This document shows positions 33,528-44,669 of a stretch of 44,669 nucleotides of DNA, piece after piece. Every line of letters begins with the position of its first letter. The first letter of the stretch is position 1. The notes below the pieces were generated by a model. The model was not told the DNA's origin. It worked only from the letters and a program-made list of their open reading frames with translations, and ran no database searches. The stretch is from NCBI GenBank assembly GCA_030167865.1, contig JALAGF010005860.1, positions 1-44,669 of the forward strand, written 5' to 3'. The position numbers and the translations under genes were made by a program. Origin of the DNA: Craspedostauros australis (Eukaryota).

Positions 33528-35492
33528 GAAATGATTGGATTTGTGATGGATCAAACGCTCACATGAATGGAGAGAATGCGCTGGGTTTCAACCCACACAG
33601 GTGATCATGGTCACTTCGCCATACGCATACTATTATTCTGTATCTCCGTCTACTCAAGGCAAAGTGTATGTTCTTGCAAATACAACTGCTCCCTCTCTCT
33701 CTCTAGCAAGGTCAGGCCGTAGCGTGTTTTCTTCTGTCGAAAATGATCAGATTTTCGGCCGAAAACGATTGCTTCCCTTTTTTCTCTTTTCGTGGTACCA
33801 AGCCAATGATCTGAGTGTTTCGGACTGTTCGTAGTATCAAGGAACTGCTCTGCCCGATCGTGTCCTACATCGACATGTCCGATTGTTTCGGACAAGAACA
33901 TTTTGTTCGTTTCCCAAATTCGCCGATCTCCAATCGTGTGCGAGTCTCAGCGTCAATCGTGTGTGAAATGTGACAAAGAGAACCATGAATTGCGGGAGAT
34001 GAAAAAGAAGAAGAACATCGAACGTGAAGCAGCGTTTGCATCCAGTGCTGTGCCATGAGAACACCTCTGTGTGGAGGCAGAAGTGAAGACAACGAAGTTC
34101 TCAGTACCGGAAGGTTGCCGTCGTCCGTGGTTGTCGTTTGGGATCGCGTCGTGCTCGTATGGGTTCTTGTATCTTGTGTCAAGAGGGGCGCGGAAGGCAT
34201 TGGCACGATGACGGATTCTGATTCCAATCTTGCGATGTCGATGGCTGCATAGGCGAGATCCGCGCTCAGCGAACGAACGCCATTGCCGCAAGGTCTGCTA
34301 CTCCACACGTTTGTGCACGACAGCGAGCTTTGCGCCTTCTTTGTGCATCCTCCCCAATACTCGCACACGCGTCCTCAAAGGTTGAGTGATCCCAGGACCA
34401 ATTCGGTTGGGCGGGCGGGTCGTTTGGAGGTTTATCGTTCCTCACACATTGTGGCGATGGCGATGGCGATGGACACGACTTCTCTCTGTTTGCCGAGTGC
34501 TTGATGAGTCCGTGCAACCGTGCTCCATCAGCTTGTTTTCTGAGAGTGGCACACTTTGGACTACCTTCGTATGGACTGAAATTGATCCATGTACGGCGCC
34601 CTCGCAGAGGATTACAGAGCAGTCCATTGTGCCATCATGATCTTCACATCATGGCAACGCCTCAAACAGCGTGCATGGCAGACCAGTGGCTGCACAGTAT
34701 TTGGGCACCCTGCCACGTTTTGGGACGAAGAGCAACCCTTCCGATGTCATGGACGGGCGGCTCTACAAGCGGAACGCTTCTGTCGCATTGATAGTTTGGG
34801 GATGAGAACAATGCTCCCAACACCATCTCCAGAGTGCATGGGAAGAACGCAGATTGACTGTCGTTGAGCTTCGCATTCATGCATTCTCTGTCGTTCCTGT
34901 CCCAGCAACGTGCGACGACGAACACGCGCCTCCAGTTTTCGCCCCCTTCGAGAAAGCCCAGCGTGACGTGATGCTCATGTTGATGTTCGTGATCTTGCAT
35001 TGTTGTGTTGGTGTTACTGTTTCAGGGGTGGAGCAAACACGAACAAGACCGAACACAAACGATTGGAACATCGACATCACCATGGAGGGGATGAGGGGAG
35101 GAAGTGCCGCCAAAGCGTCACCCATGCGAGCAAAAGGGGAACGCCAACATCATCAGCCCACCGACATCTCCGCTTCGGTCCGAATACTCTTCCCTGCGTT
35201 CTTGCCTGTGCTGTGTAAAGGGTCTTGTTTCCGCCTGCATCATCGTTCTCGCCTCCACCCAGACGAGCATGTATCCGCAACAGGGTCTCAGCCCGCTGGG
35301 CATCGATGTTGCACTTGAGTACAAACACGAACATCTTCTCTCACCATTCTGCTCACAATTCACAACTCGCAAGTTGCAACTCGAAGAAGCACCACACACT
35401 CTCATAGACACAAGCTCCCACACAGCACCGACAGAGAGCAACCAATAGAAACAACAACAACCAGGACAGCCACAACAACAACCACAGCAACC

Positions 35493-37040
35493 ATGACGAC
35501 TGTTGACGCAATGGATACCGTCCAACGGATCCTCCAAAACAGCGAAGATTCAACATCAACGGACGTAGACACGTCCGACACCTTCCTTTTCGGCCTGCTC
35601 GGTTTCGTCTTGTTCTTCGTGTGCATGATCACCCTGGTAGCCTTTGGCACCCACCGAAGATCTTCCGAGACCCGGGCGTCCCCCAACGGCCGCAATGTCC
35701 GCAGTAGAACCAGCATGCGGGCTGCCGAAGCCAGATCAGGCACCATCGCCCAGGAGCGCAGAGACTACTTCTTGGCTCACTTCGCCCAGCACAACATGGA
35801 TGTGGTACGTCGTCTTCGAGCATGCACCTTCTGCGTGTGTGCGCGTGCAACAAGTGTCGGTGTATTCGAATTCTTGGGGCAGCTTTCTGGATGCTTTGAT
35901 GCATGTGCTGATGCTCTCCACGCTCCATTCTACCTGCACTGGTGGAGTTTCGTTTTGCTTCGTTTTGCACCAACTCATTCTGACCATGATTGCTCTGCTT
36001 TTCTTTCTCTTTCTTCCTGCCATGCTCTGCTCCCGCGCGACTACCATTTCTAAACGCCGGATCGTATCCACTTCCTCCAATGCTCCACCCTCCAGCCTGT
36101 GACTCCTGCTCACTTTAACACGAAGGAAGGCCAGAATGTTTCAAGTGCGCACATGAAGGCGCCGCCATCGTCGTCGTTCCTGCAGCCTGCCACCATGTGT
36201 TCGGTAGAAATCACAGGTGAGATGCCAACGCAGAGCACGGATGGTCATGACTCGGAAGACGAGGAGATCGCTATGCCTGCCCCGGCAACAACGACAGAAG
36301 AGCACGACGATACGCAAGAGGGACTTGATCACGTCGGTATCACGCAGTCAACTCATCACACCACCAGCGCAGAGATGAAAGCCGCGGCAGGTGATGTTGA
36401 AGAGGGCGGGATCATTCAGCTGTCAGAAAGCCAACTGGATGCTGACGATGATGCTGACGCTGTTGACGAAGCCTGCATCGATGATGCCCTGAACGCTGCC
36501 ACCGCCCGCGTGCCAAGCAACCGCGTCTCGTTCAACGTCTCCGCTCATTCCAAGCCCGCGCAACAGCAGCAGTCGAGTCGCTTCGGCTTCTTGAAGGTGG
36601 ATCCCGGCAGCCTGAGAAGCTTCATCAGCTTGGGCACAACGAAGAGCCAAGGCCCCGCCCTGCAGATCAGGCACCCCATCAAGCCGGAAAAGAAGCTGAC
36701 CCTCAGCGACGGAAGCTGTCCGATCTGCTTCGACGCGTACGAGGTCGGCGACGATCTGGTGGCATCCGCAAGCCCGAATTTCTGCAGTCACGCATTCCAT
36801 CGAGATTGCATGATCGAGTACCTCCTCCAGCTGTCGTACAGGCAGGATGTCGCCGACGAGAGAAAACCACCCGGCAAGTACGTGCGCAATCTGGGTGCCC
36901 CCGTCCGCAAGGCCCCGTGCCCATGCTGCCGCCAAGACTTCATGTACAACCGCAACAACGTCAAATGGACGCCCAAGAAGGCACCGCGGCCATCGTCGGT
37001 GGCGGAGACTGTAGATAGCCAGGTTGCCGAGCCCGTATGA
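35493..37040 (+). CDS. Transmembrane RING-H2 (ATL-like) E3 ubiquitin ligase, 2 exons, about 418 aa
   Basis: Exon 1 35493-35804 has a TM helix (FLFGLLGFVLFFVCMITLVAF); donor GTACGT at 35805; acceptor ctccag at 36095; exon 2 36096-37040 contains CPIC...CSHAFHRDC...CPCC. Confidence 0.85.
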
Positions 37041-38536
37041 ACGGGAGCGTGAGCATGGGGCTCCTCTTACTCGTACCGAAGGTGAAGTGCGATGAAGCGA
37101 AAGATGGGTTCATTCCTCTCTTCCAGCAATCCACATCCACCCCTCTTGCCATCTGAACTTCGTCATTGTGCACTATGCCATTGATGGCATCTGCAATGCA
37201 ATCTACCCTCACCAATTTTCCACACGGCCCGCCGGTGACTCATACTCTACTAGCGTACACCCCATCAAGGAAGGACGAATTTACAATTGATCCACGAGCC
37301 CAGCGAGGCAATGGCACCACTCGATTACATATTCCATGACATACATATTCTATAATACATGCATAATCATACTTGTAAACATACACTCTCTAGAGGATAA
37401 TGATTCCCAATCAACGTTCTCAATCAATGTTCGCCTTGATGGAGTGTCGTAGTCGAAGTCCCAAAAGTGTTGCTATGGTGGTGGTGGTGATGATGGTTGG
37501 ATGCCCTTTCTCGTTGGACGCAGAGTGTGACGGAGCAATCGAGAATGGGAAAGATCAACGGCTGTGCTCGGAAGTGCCGCAGAGTAGGGTGCGAGCGTTG
37601 CGGTGGTGCGTTCGCGAGATGGATTCCACGTTTCATCGGCGCTAAATCAAGCAATCGTGTGCATTCCTGCGATGTTGGTCTGGATCACACGTGCGCCGTT
37701 CTGGATAATGACGACGACTTCGTTCGGTGCCATCAACAGCATTGGAATCAGCCATGGACACACGAGCATCATCCGAGTACTCTGCTCCATCCACCACAAG
37801 CACTCTGTTGCCGCAATGGCAAATATAGTTCTCTATTCGTAATGTGTGTTCCGCGCCGCGTATTGTGCGCCAAAAGGACAACGCGGAGAAGCACAAAACG
37901 AAGGCGATGAAACGAAGTTGGAGTGATGGCGAGCGTGCCGACCGGCGCGCGCGGTCCATTCACGTGCAATCGTGTGACATGAGCGAAGGATCCCGCCACG
38001 ATTGAATGTCGGGACAGACACGGAACAGACACCAAAAAAGGCAGCAGCATGAAAGCGTCGGTGGGAACGGAGGCAGACAGAAAACGCATTGCAGGCAGCG
38101 GCAAAAGCGCGGCAACAGTTCCTCCAAACGCAACCACCACCAAGAAACGGAGCAGAAGCCAAAGTCGAGGCCAAACGAGAGGTCGCAGAGATCACTTTTG
38201 CGGAAGATCGGGAGACAAGGAACAGAGATCAGGTGGGTATCATCAGTCAGGAGCAACGGCATCAACACCAACGGCGTCAGTTGCAGCAACACGCTTCATA
38301 CTTCATCCTTCATCCTTCCTGCAGACCCATTACTCGTGCAAGTACGTGCAAGTATAACACGATAGCAGAGCTGATCAGACAGCAGCATTGACAACAGAGT
38401 TGCTGCCTCCGTCGCTGTTCTTGCCAGGCCCCCACTCACAGCAAGAGACCAAACAGCGGTATCTCCCAACCAGGGAAAGGGCGGGAAAAGAAGCAAGAAG
38501 AACAGCCTGTTACTCTAGAGAGAGGACAGCACTCCG

Positions 38537-38600
38537 TACCATTCGCCATCTACCATTGATCATCTACCATTGATCATCCAACATTGATCATTGATCATCC
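38537..38600 (+). repeat. 14-nt tandem repeat with TGATCA palindromes just upstream of the CK1 start
   Basis: taccattcgccatc / taccattgatcatc / taccattgatcatc / caacattgatcattgatcatcc. Confidence 0.75.
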
Positions 38601-38634
38601 ACCAGCAAGAAAGAAGACAAAGAAGGCAGGCAAG

Positions 38635-40433
38635 ATGGAGCTGCGGGTCGGCAAGAAGTACCGTCTCGGACGGAAGATCGGTTCGGGATCCTTCGGAGAT
38701 ATCTATCTTGGAACCAACATGACCACCGGAGAGGAGGTGGCCATCAAGCTCGAGAGCGTCAAGACGAAGCACCCCCAGCTGCTTTACGAGAGCAAGATCT
38801 ACCGCATCCTGCATGGAGGACGTAAGTGGATGCGCTTCCGGGTGTCATTGCGAGTACTGCCGCGGTTGTGGCTGCGATTGTGGCTGTAGCTGCGGTTGGG
38901 GCTGAGTGAGGAGGAATCCGTGGCCATGCCTGATGCTTGCTTCCTCCCAATACTCCTCTTGTGTCGCTATTCCATCGCAGGAGGGAATCCTGCTGTCCAT
39001 GAGCATTCTTCGTCTCACATTATCCTTCTCTATCTCTCTCTCTCTCGCTTCTTGTTGCTTTCTTCCTGATCAATCATGTTCGGCGCCAACGCATTGCTTG
39101 TGGCGTTCTTCGTTGTCTCCTCATGGATGATGAACGATGAACAATGAATGACGCTCAAAATGTCATACTCTCCGCAACCATGCTATCATCAAATGGCTGG
39201 CTCTCCTGGGGATGCTTGGACTACATTCAATGCGACGCAATGAAATGCAACGCAATACCAACGCATCCAACCACAAAATGAACACATCTGGCATGCTCAT
39301 GGACACGCAATCACATTCCTGTCCATGTTCATGCGCATGTTGACACGCACGCACCAATTCGCGCAGTCGGTATCCCAAATGTGAGATGGTACGGAATCGA
39401 AGGAGACTACAACGTCATGGTGCTCGACTTGCTCGGTCCATCCCTTGAGGACTTGTTCAATTACTGCGGCCGGCGGTTCCAGCTCAAGACGGTGCTCATG
39501 CTGGCTGATCAGCTGCTCAGCAGGTTGGAGTACGTGCACACCAAATCCTTCATCCATCGCGACGTCAAGCCGGACAACTTCTTGATTGGCCTCGGAAAGC
39601 GACAGTCCGTCATCCACATCATCGATTTTGGTCTGGCCAAGAAGTACCGCGACCCGCGCTCTCACCAGCACATCCCCTACCGTGAGAACAAGAACCTCAC
39701 CGGAACGGCACGTTACGCTTCCATCAACACGCACATCGGCATCGAGCAATCGAGGCGTGATGACCTGGAGTCGCTCGGGTACGTCCTCATGTACTTCATC
39801 CGCGGCTCCTTGCCATGGCAGGGGCTCAAGGCGAACACCAAGAAGCAGAAATACGAGCGCATCATGGACCGGAAGATGTCCACCTCCACGGAGCAGCTCT
39901 GCAAGGGATACGCCACAGAATTCAGGTCCTACTTCGAGTACTGCCGCTCCCTGCGCTTCGAGGACAGGCCGGACTATGCCTACCTCAAGCGCCTCTTCAA
40001 GGAGCTCTTTTACCGCAAGGGATTCCAGTACGACAACATGTTCGACTGGACCGTGCTCAACCTGCAGCAGGAGCGCTCCAGAGCACCGCCGGAACGCCCG
40101 CTCACAAGCCCCGACACCAGCAACAACGTCGTCGCCGCCGCTGCTGCTGCCGCAAGCACCCCGCAATTGGCCAATGATGAGGCCGCAGCGGCTGCACCGG
40201 CGGTCGCCGAAGACAGAGAACGAGTTCGATCCGGCGGCAACGAATACGCACAGCAAGAGCAATCGCACCAATCGGGAAGTCGGTACGGTGGAGGAACGCC
40301 CGTCGCTGGACGCACCAACGCCGCCAATCCACAGCTCTCGCACCACACCGGCAGCCAGCAGAACCCGTCCGTGCAGGGATCGCAGCCAGACAAGGCCGGT
40401 GCTGCCTACAGAACCCGCTCATCCGTCCCATAA
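38635..40433 (+). CDS. CK1: Casein kinase 1 (delta/epsilon-like), 2 exons, about 417 aa
   Basis: Exon 1 38635-38821 starts [32 protein letters not shown]...CAG intron; exon 2 39367-40433 has [56 protein letters not shown]. Confidence 0.97.
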
Positions 40434-41540
40434 GTACTGCACGGCCAGCTTGCAACAAGCGCCAGCCACGATGGTGCGCGTAAGCGTATCACACTGGCAT
40501 GCATGTTCGTGGTGGCGATGCAGGTGGTGGAAGTCACGATGTCCCGCCATTGAGCAGGAAGACGAGGGTGCAGAAAGCAGATGGCATCGTCCCACAATGC
40601 CAACTGAGGAAGGACGAAGCAACATGAAGAGGAAGAGGCGGAGGAGGAGGAGGAAGCCACAACAAAACTCACAGCGCGATACAGCACAGAACAGCACAAG
40701 GATGCACGATGTAACAATGCATAGAGTATGACAAGAACACACGAAAGCGGACCGCATAATACAACTATTGTAGAGATGATGCATGGACTCGATGGAGTAT
40801 GGTATCAGCCTACTCGTAGTGCGACACACACACACTCTCTGGAGACGGCCCTGAAACATGGGGGATCTTGGCTGGAGGGTATGGCGCAAGCAAGTGGCAA
40901 CATGTGCCTGTGATGGTTGCATTCGTGTTGGTGGTTCGTCTGTCTGCTGTTGGGCATGAGATGCACAAGGTCTTTGGTGGGGGGATCTCTTTTGTCTTCT
41001 ATCTCTGTGTCTTGGTTCCTGTGCGTGCCACACATTTCAGACATGCGAAAACGACGGAACCATCAACACAAAAAGCCATCAACTGAAAGGACAAACATCA
41101 CAAAACGTGGACTCTCTCGCAACAAGAACGGTGGCAGACTGACATCGAGGTTATTTGACGCAGCGACGCTCCTCTGTCCGCTCTTCCCACGCTGCTTCAA
41201 CACTTCCGCAAGTCCTTCCACTTTCTTCAAGTTGGGAATGCCACTCCGAAGGGTCTCCCCCTTGAGACATGAGGGTGTCACATCTCGAGGGTGGATGCAG
41301 ACGATGCTGGTGTCCTGACAACATGACGACGCGGTGAACGCAAAAGCATGTGTCCAAGGCAGACATGGAAGACATGGAGGACATGGAAGTGAAGGACCCA
41401 GCCACAACAGCACAATACCGACAGCTCAGCTTCTGCCACAATCCAGGCACCGCAGACGACAATCCAAACACTGGAAACAACCCCACTTGAGGCAACGTCA
41501 CTGAGCAGAGGTGTTTACCAAACGCATCGTGGAACAAATC

Positions 41541-42362
41541 ATGCCATCTTCAGCTGTTGAAACTGTTGCCATCACCGGCATCGTCGCGACGACGAAATCG
41601 TCGAGGCTGACGGCGGCCAACATCAGCACCATCAAGGCACGCACCTCATCATCAACTTTGACTGCCAGGTCAACGTCCACACCGACGTCAACGAAACGCA
41701 GGAAATCGCACCGGCAGAACGTGCTGGTGCTCGGAGCGAGGGGTCGCACGGCCGTGGAGATCGTTCGGCAGCTATCCGAACATCCATCGAAGCCATCCAT
41801 CCACACAGTCTGCCAGAACACATCGAAGCTGGCAGATGATCCCACGGTCTCGCGTCTCTGCACGAGCATCATGCAAGGCAACGCGCGCAGCCCGAAGGAC
41901 ATGGAGCAAGCGATCCGGCGATCGCAGGCAACCACCATCGTCATCGCCTTCCGTGACATCCACAGCGTGGGACGCACGAATTTGCGACACACCAATGCGA
42001 ACGTCCTCGTCGACCTCCTGCAACGGCCTGAGCATCAGCACATCCAGGTCATCATCGTGTCCACCATCGGCGCCGGACCCACCACTGTCTACGGCGGCGG
42101 CTTCGGCAGGACGATATGGAAGCAGCACCGCATGCGCTTCGTCATGGTCGATCACACACTGCAGGAACGAGCCTTCCTGCGCACCTTGAGAGATCGCATC
42201 GTCATCGTCCGACCCACGGAACTGACGGACGGCAAGGCCAAGGGCAAGATCCAGGTGTTCGGTGACTATGACCGGACGCCCAGCAGCAAGACGGATCGGC
42301 AGGATTTGGCGCATTGGATCGTCAACCAGATCTGCGGAGAGGTGAAGCATGAAGGTAAGTGA
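41541..42362 (+). CDS. NAD(P)H-binding Rossmann-fold protein (atypical SDR / flavin reductase-like)
   Basis: VLVLGARGRTA dinucleotide-binding motif, IIVSTIGAG, DHTLQE, IVIVRPTELTDG, TDRQDLAHWIV. The 3' end is uncertain because the stop overlaps a GTAAGT donor-like site. Confidence 0.82.
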   Translation: MPSSAVETVAITGIVATTKSSRLTAANISTIKARTSSSTLTARSTSTPTSTKRRKSHRQNVLVLGARGRTAVEIVRQLSEHPSKPSIHTVCQNTSKLADDPTVSRLCTSIMQGNARSPKDMEQAIRRSQATTIVIAFRDIHSVGRTNLRHTNANVLVDLLQRPEHQHIQVIIVSTIGAGPTTVYGGGFGRTIWKQHRMRFVMVDHTLQERAFLRTLRDRIVIVRPTELTDGKAKGKIQVFGDYDRTPSSKTDRQDLAHWIVNQICGEVKHEGK

Positions 42363-42572
42363 CAGCTTTCACTGTACTTCTTACCTCTTTACTAATCGTA
42401 TTAATCAAATACTGGTCGGAGATTGTCCTCGGACAACTCACAATAAAACAACAAGAGCTCCGACCAGGGCACGCAACAACGGGCCAATCAGTCTCAGTAG
42501 TTACTTGCACGTTTGACAGATTAAGAGTCGTGATATCACCAACAAGCTTATCACTATAACACCACTTCCACC

Positions 42573-43949
42573 ATGACGAGAACGATCAACAACAAGGCAG
42601 TAGCAGGATACATCAAGGAGCTTGTCGGGCTGAACGAGCAGCAGATGTCCTTCATCACGAGCACTCTTGGACGCATCGACAATGCCATCCGCCTCACCGA
42701 CCAAGAAATCGTGGACTCTTTGGTTCACTCCCCATCTCTCAACCCCGTCAACATCGGTAACGTCATGCGCATCTTTGAATACGCACGTCACAACGCCGTC
42801 GACGACACAACGAACTGGGAAGCCATCCATGACTTCAACGAAGGTCGCAACTACAAGCTGCCAACCATCGACTCGTCCGTGGCGATCTCGACGACCAAAC
42901 TTCGACTCGAGATGGACATGAAGACAGCGGCCGCAGCTGTGCAAACCAACGAGATGGTTGTACGCTCGCCGCAACGCGGAGGCGCAAGCATGCGCTCTCC
43001 ATCAACACCTACCAACTGGCGCTATGACAAGGTCTCCATCCCCGACCCTCTCCCTTTCTCCGGTCTGAATGAAGACTGGCGCGATTGGAAGATATCGTTC
43101 GAGCGGTCCATGGTGACCACTCGATTCTCCAAGTACATGGACCCGGAACGTCCAGCTGGATACGAACAGCATGTCGACCGGCAGTTCCATTCGGTCATCA
43201 ACGCATTGACCTATCAGGGAGACGCCGATTTCCTTGTCTCAGCCAACCGCAACAGTGGACACGATGCCTGGCAGGCATTGATCCAGCTCTACGAATCCGA
43301 GGAGAACAAGGCGCAAACAGTCGCCGAACAAGAAGTCTACCTCACCCAGCTCTCCTTCGACGGATCCGAGCCATTCACCAAGTACGTCAACGCGTTCTCC
43401 AAGTCCATTCAAGTCATGAAGGACAACGGCAAGGACATGACGGAAGAGCACGTCATTGCGCAATTCTTCCGCAACATCCGCGATGAACGATACATGAGCG
43501 AGGTGTCGCATCTCCGAAAGCAGAAGCTCACCTTCGCAGAGATCCGCAAGGAACTCATGGAGCATGATCGTGTGCTGACTAACATCGAAGCACACCAATC
43601 TCCTCGGCGAAACCGCCGACTCCAGACCAAGCCGGGCGGACGCAACGACCGCAAGCGACCACACGATGGTCAATCCGGCGACCGCAAGTCCGCGCCCGCA
43701 TTTCGGCTGTCGGACAGCGTATTCAGACGCCTCCCAGCCTGCCAACAGGCACTCCTTGTGGAGGCCACGCGGCACTACCGCAAGAACGGGAAGAACATCG
43801 ACGATGAGACCCTCAAGAAACTCAAGCCAGCGGAATTCGCACAGAATCTCCAGCTGCCGCTCACACGCAGAGCAGCCAAGCGCGACCAACCCCACGGGAC
43901 CCCGACTCGCGACGGCAAGAAGCGCGGATCATACGGCGACAGCTCTTGA
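42573..43949 (+). CDS. Copia-type Gag (458 aa)
   Basis: FSGLNEDWRDWKISFE, SGHDAWQALIQLYE, LSFDGSEPFTKYVNAF, QFFRNIRDERY resemble copia capsid motifs; basic C-terminal region; ends TGA CAA CCA. Confidence 0.85.
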   Translation: MTRTINNKAVAGYIKELVGLNEQQMSFITSTLGRIDNAIRLTDQEIVDSLVHSPSLNPVNIGNVMRIFEYARHNAVDDTTNWEAIHDFNEGRNYKLPTIDSSVAISTTKLRLEMDMKTAAAAVQTNEMVVRSPQRGGASMRSPSTPTNWRYDKVSIPDPLPFSGLNEDWRDWKISFERSMVTTRFSKYMDPERPAGYEQHVDRQFHSVINALTYQGDADFLVSANRNSGHDAWQALIQLYESEENKAQTVAEQEVYLTQLSFDGSEPFTKYVNAFSKSIQVMKDNGKDMTEEHVIAQFFRNIRDERYMSEVSHLRKQKLTFAEIRKELMEHDRVLTNIEAHQSPRRNRRLQTKPGGRNDRKRPHDGQSGDRKSAPAFRLSDSVFRRLPACQQALLVEATRHYRKNGKNIDDETLKKLKPAEFAQNLQLPLTRRAAKRDQPHGTPTRDGKKRGSYGDSS

Positions 43950-44006
43950 CAACCAACGGCGGGCACACTTCGCCGTCAGTCTGAGGTTGCCATCCGTATC
44001 AAGCCC

Positions 44007-44102
44007 NNNNNNNNNNNNNNNNNNNNNNNNNNNNNNNNNNNNNNNNNNNNNNNNNNNNNNNNNNNNNNNNNNNNNNNNNNNNNNNNNNNNNNNNNNNNNN
44101 NN
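44007..44102. other. Assembly gap (96 N)
   Basis: Run of N characters. Confidence 1.
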
Positions 44103-44669
44103 CGCAGGGCAAGAGTGATGGACGGTAGCCAGGGCTACATCATATTGGACTCAGGGGCGGACGGCGACATCGTGCATGCATCCGGATGGGTGGTGACCCG
44201 AAAACACAAGCAGACTTTCCAAGCCCGCGGGGCGACGATGGAATCGCAAATCGAGACTTTCCAGATGGTCGACGCGGTGGCAGCATATGAATCACCCACA
44301 GGGGATGTGGTTCTGATCAAGGCAAACTACGTGGCGCTCGACGAGCACCCAAGGCAGACAGAATCGTTGATGAATACTCATCATATGCGCGCGTCCGGAC
44401 TGAACGTCTACAATCGCCTACTTCAACACCAAGGGCAGCAGCGCATCGCGTCAGGGGGGATCAGTATACCACTGGCCAATCATGACGGCAACACTCTGCG
44501 CATACCCATACGAAAACCGACGGCTCACGAGCTCGATAACACTACTAAGCATATCACGATATGCGACAGACACCAACGACTTCGGCGTAACAACCAACGG
44601 GTTGACTTCGGCGAAGTGTTCAAGCATCTCCCACAGCAGGTGGTTGAGAAGACCATGGCGGCATCAACC
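44103..44669 (+). CDS. Copia Pol N-terminus (aspartic protease), partial
   Basis: Not in the ORF track. The frame is open from the end of the gap to the window end: RRARVMDGSQGYIILDSGADGDIV...TESLMNTHHMRASG...IPIRKPTAHEL, with protease motif LDSGA. Confidence 0.85.

Larger units (their letters stand above)
42363..44669 (+). mobile_element. Ty1/copia LTR retrotransposon (diatom CoDi-like), 5' part; left boundary approximate
   Basis: gag ORF followed by an aspartic protease frame. An AT-richer stretch of about 200 nt before gag may be the 5' LTR/leader, but there is no second LTR in the window to confirm it. Confidence 0.85.

Noticed and set aside
39586..40731. Long alternative-frame and antisense ORFs over CK1 (and similarly over XPO1, the kinase and the phosphatase)
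   Set aside because: Expected shadows of GC3-rich coding sequence.
42546..42556. AGCTTATCAC after ...CCAACA as a primer-binding site
   Set aside because: The position is plausible, but I cannot match it to a specific tRNA or confirm the LTR end without the second LTR.

Overview
Eukaryotic genomic DNA with GT-AG introns, most likely from a diatom (diatom-type gene families, signal peptides followed by 'AF', diatom-type copia and Ambal-like retroelements). The left end (1-8150) is an apparently intact non-LTR retrotransposon: ORF1, an APE-RT-RNase H-Zn-finger ORF2 and a (TTA)6 tail. The right end (about 42400-44669) is the 5' part of a Ty1/copia LTR retrotransposon, interrupted by a 96-N gap. 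Host genes between them encode a small membrane protein, exportin-1, a DsbA/FrnE-fold protein, a secreted KxxK/RxL repeat peptide precursor, an ankyrin protein, a TPR-like protein, a protein kinase, a histidine phosphatase, a VOC/glyoxalase-fold protein, a TM-RING-H2 ligase, casein kinase 1 and an NAD(P)-binding protein. Three observations stand out. (1) The DsbA-fold gene has a first exon missing from the ORF track, with an in-frame UGA at the catalytic Cys position (VSDTL-U-PNGYIGKK); this predicts a cysteine-free, probably mitochondrial selenoprotein, with a candidate SECIS. (2) The copia gag ends in UGA-CAA-CCA, an exact CARYYA readthrough context, apparently in frame with the protease. 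(3) A compact silaffin-like peptide precursor has a fourth repeat cut off by a GAA>TAA change. All calls come from reading the sequence; no database searches were run.
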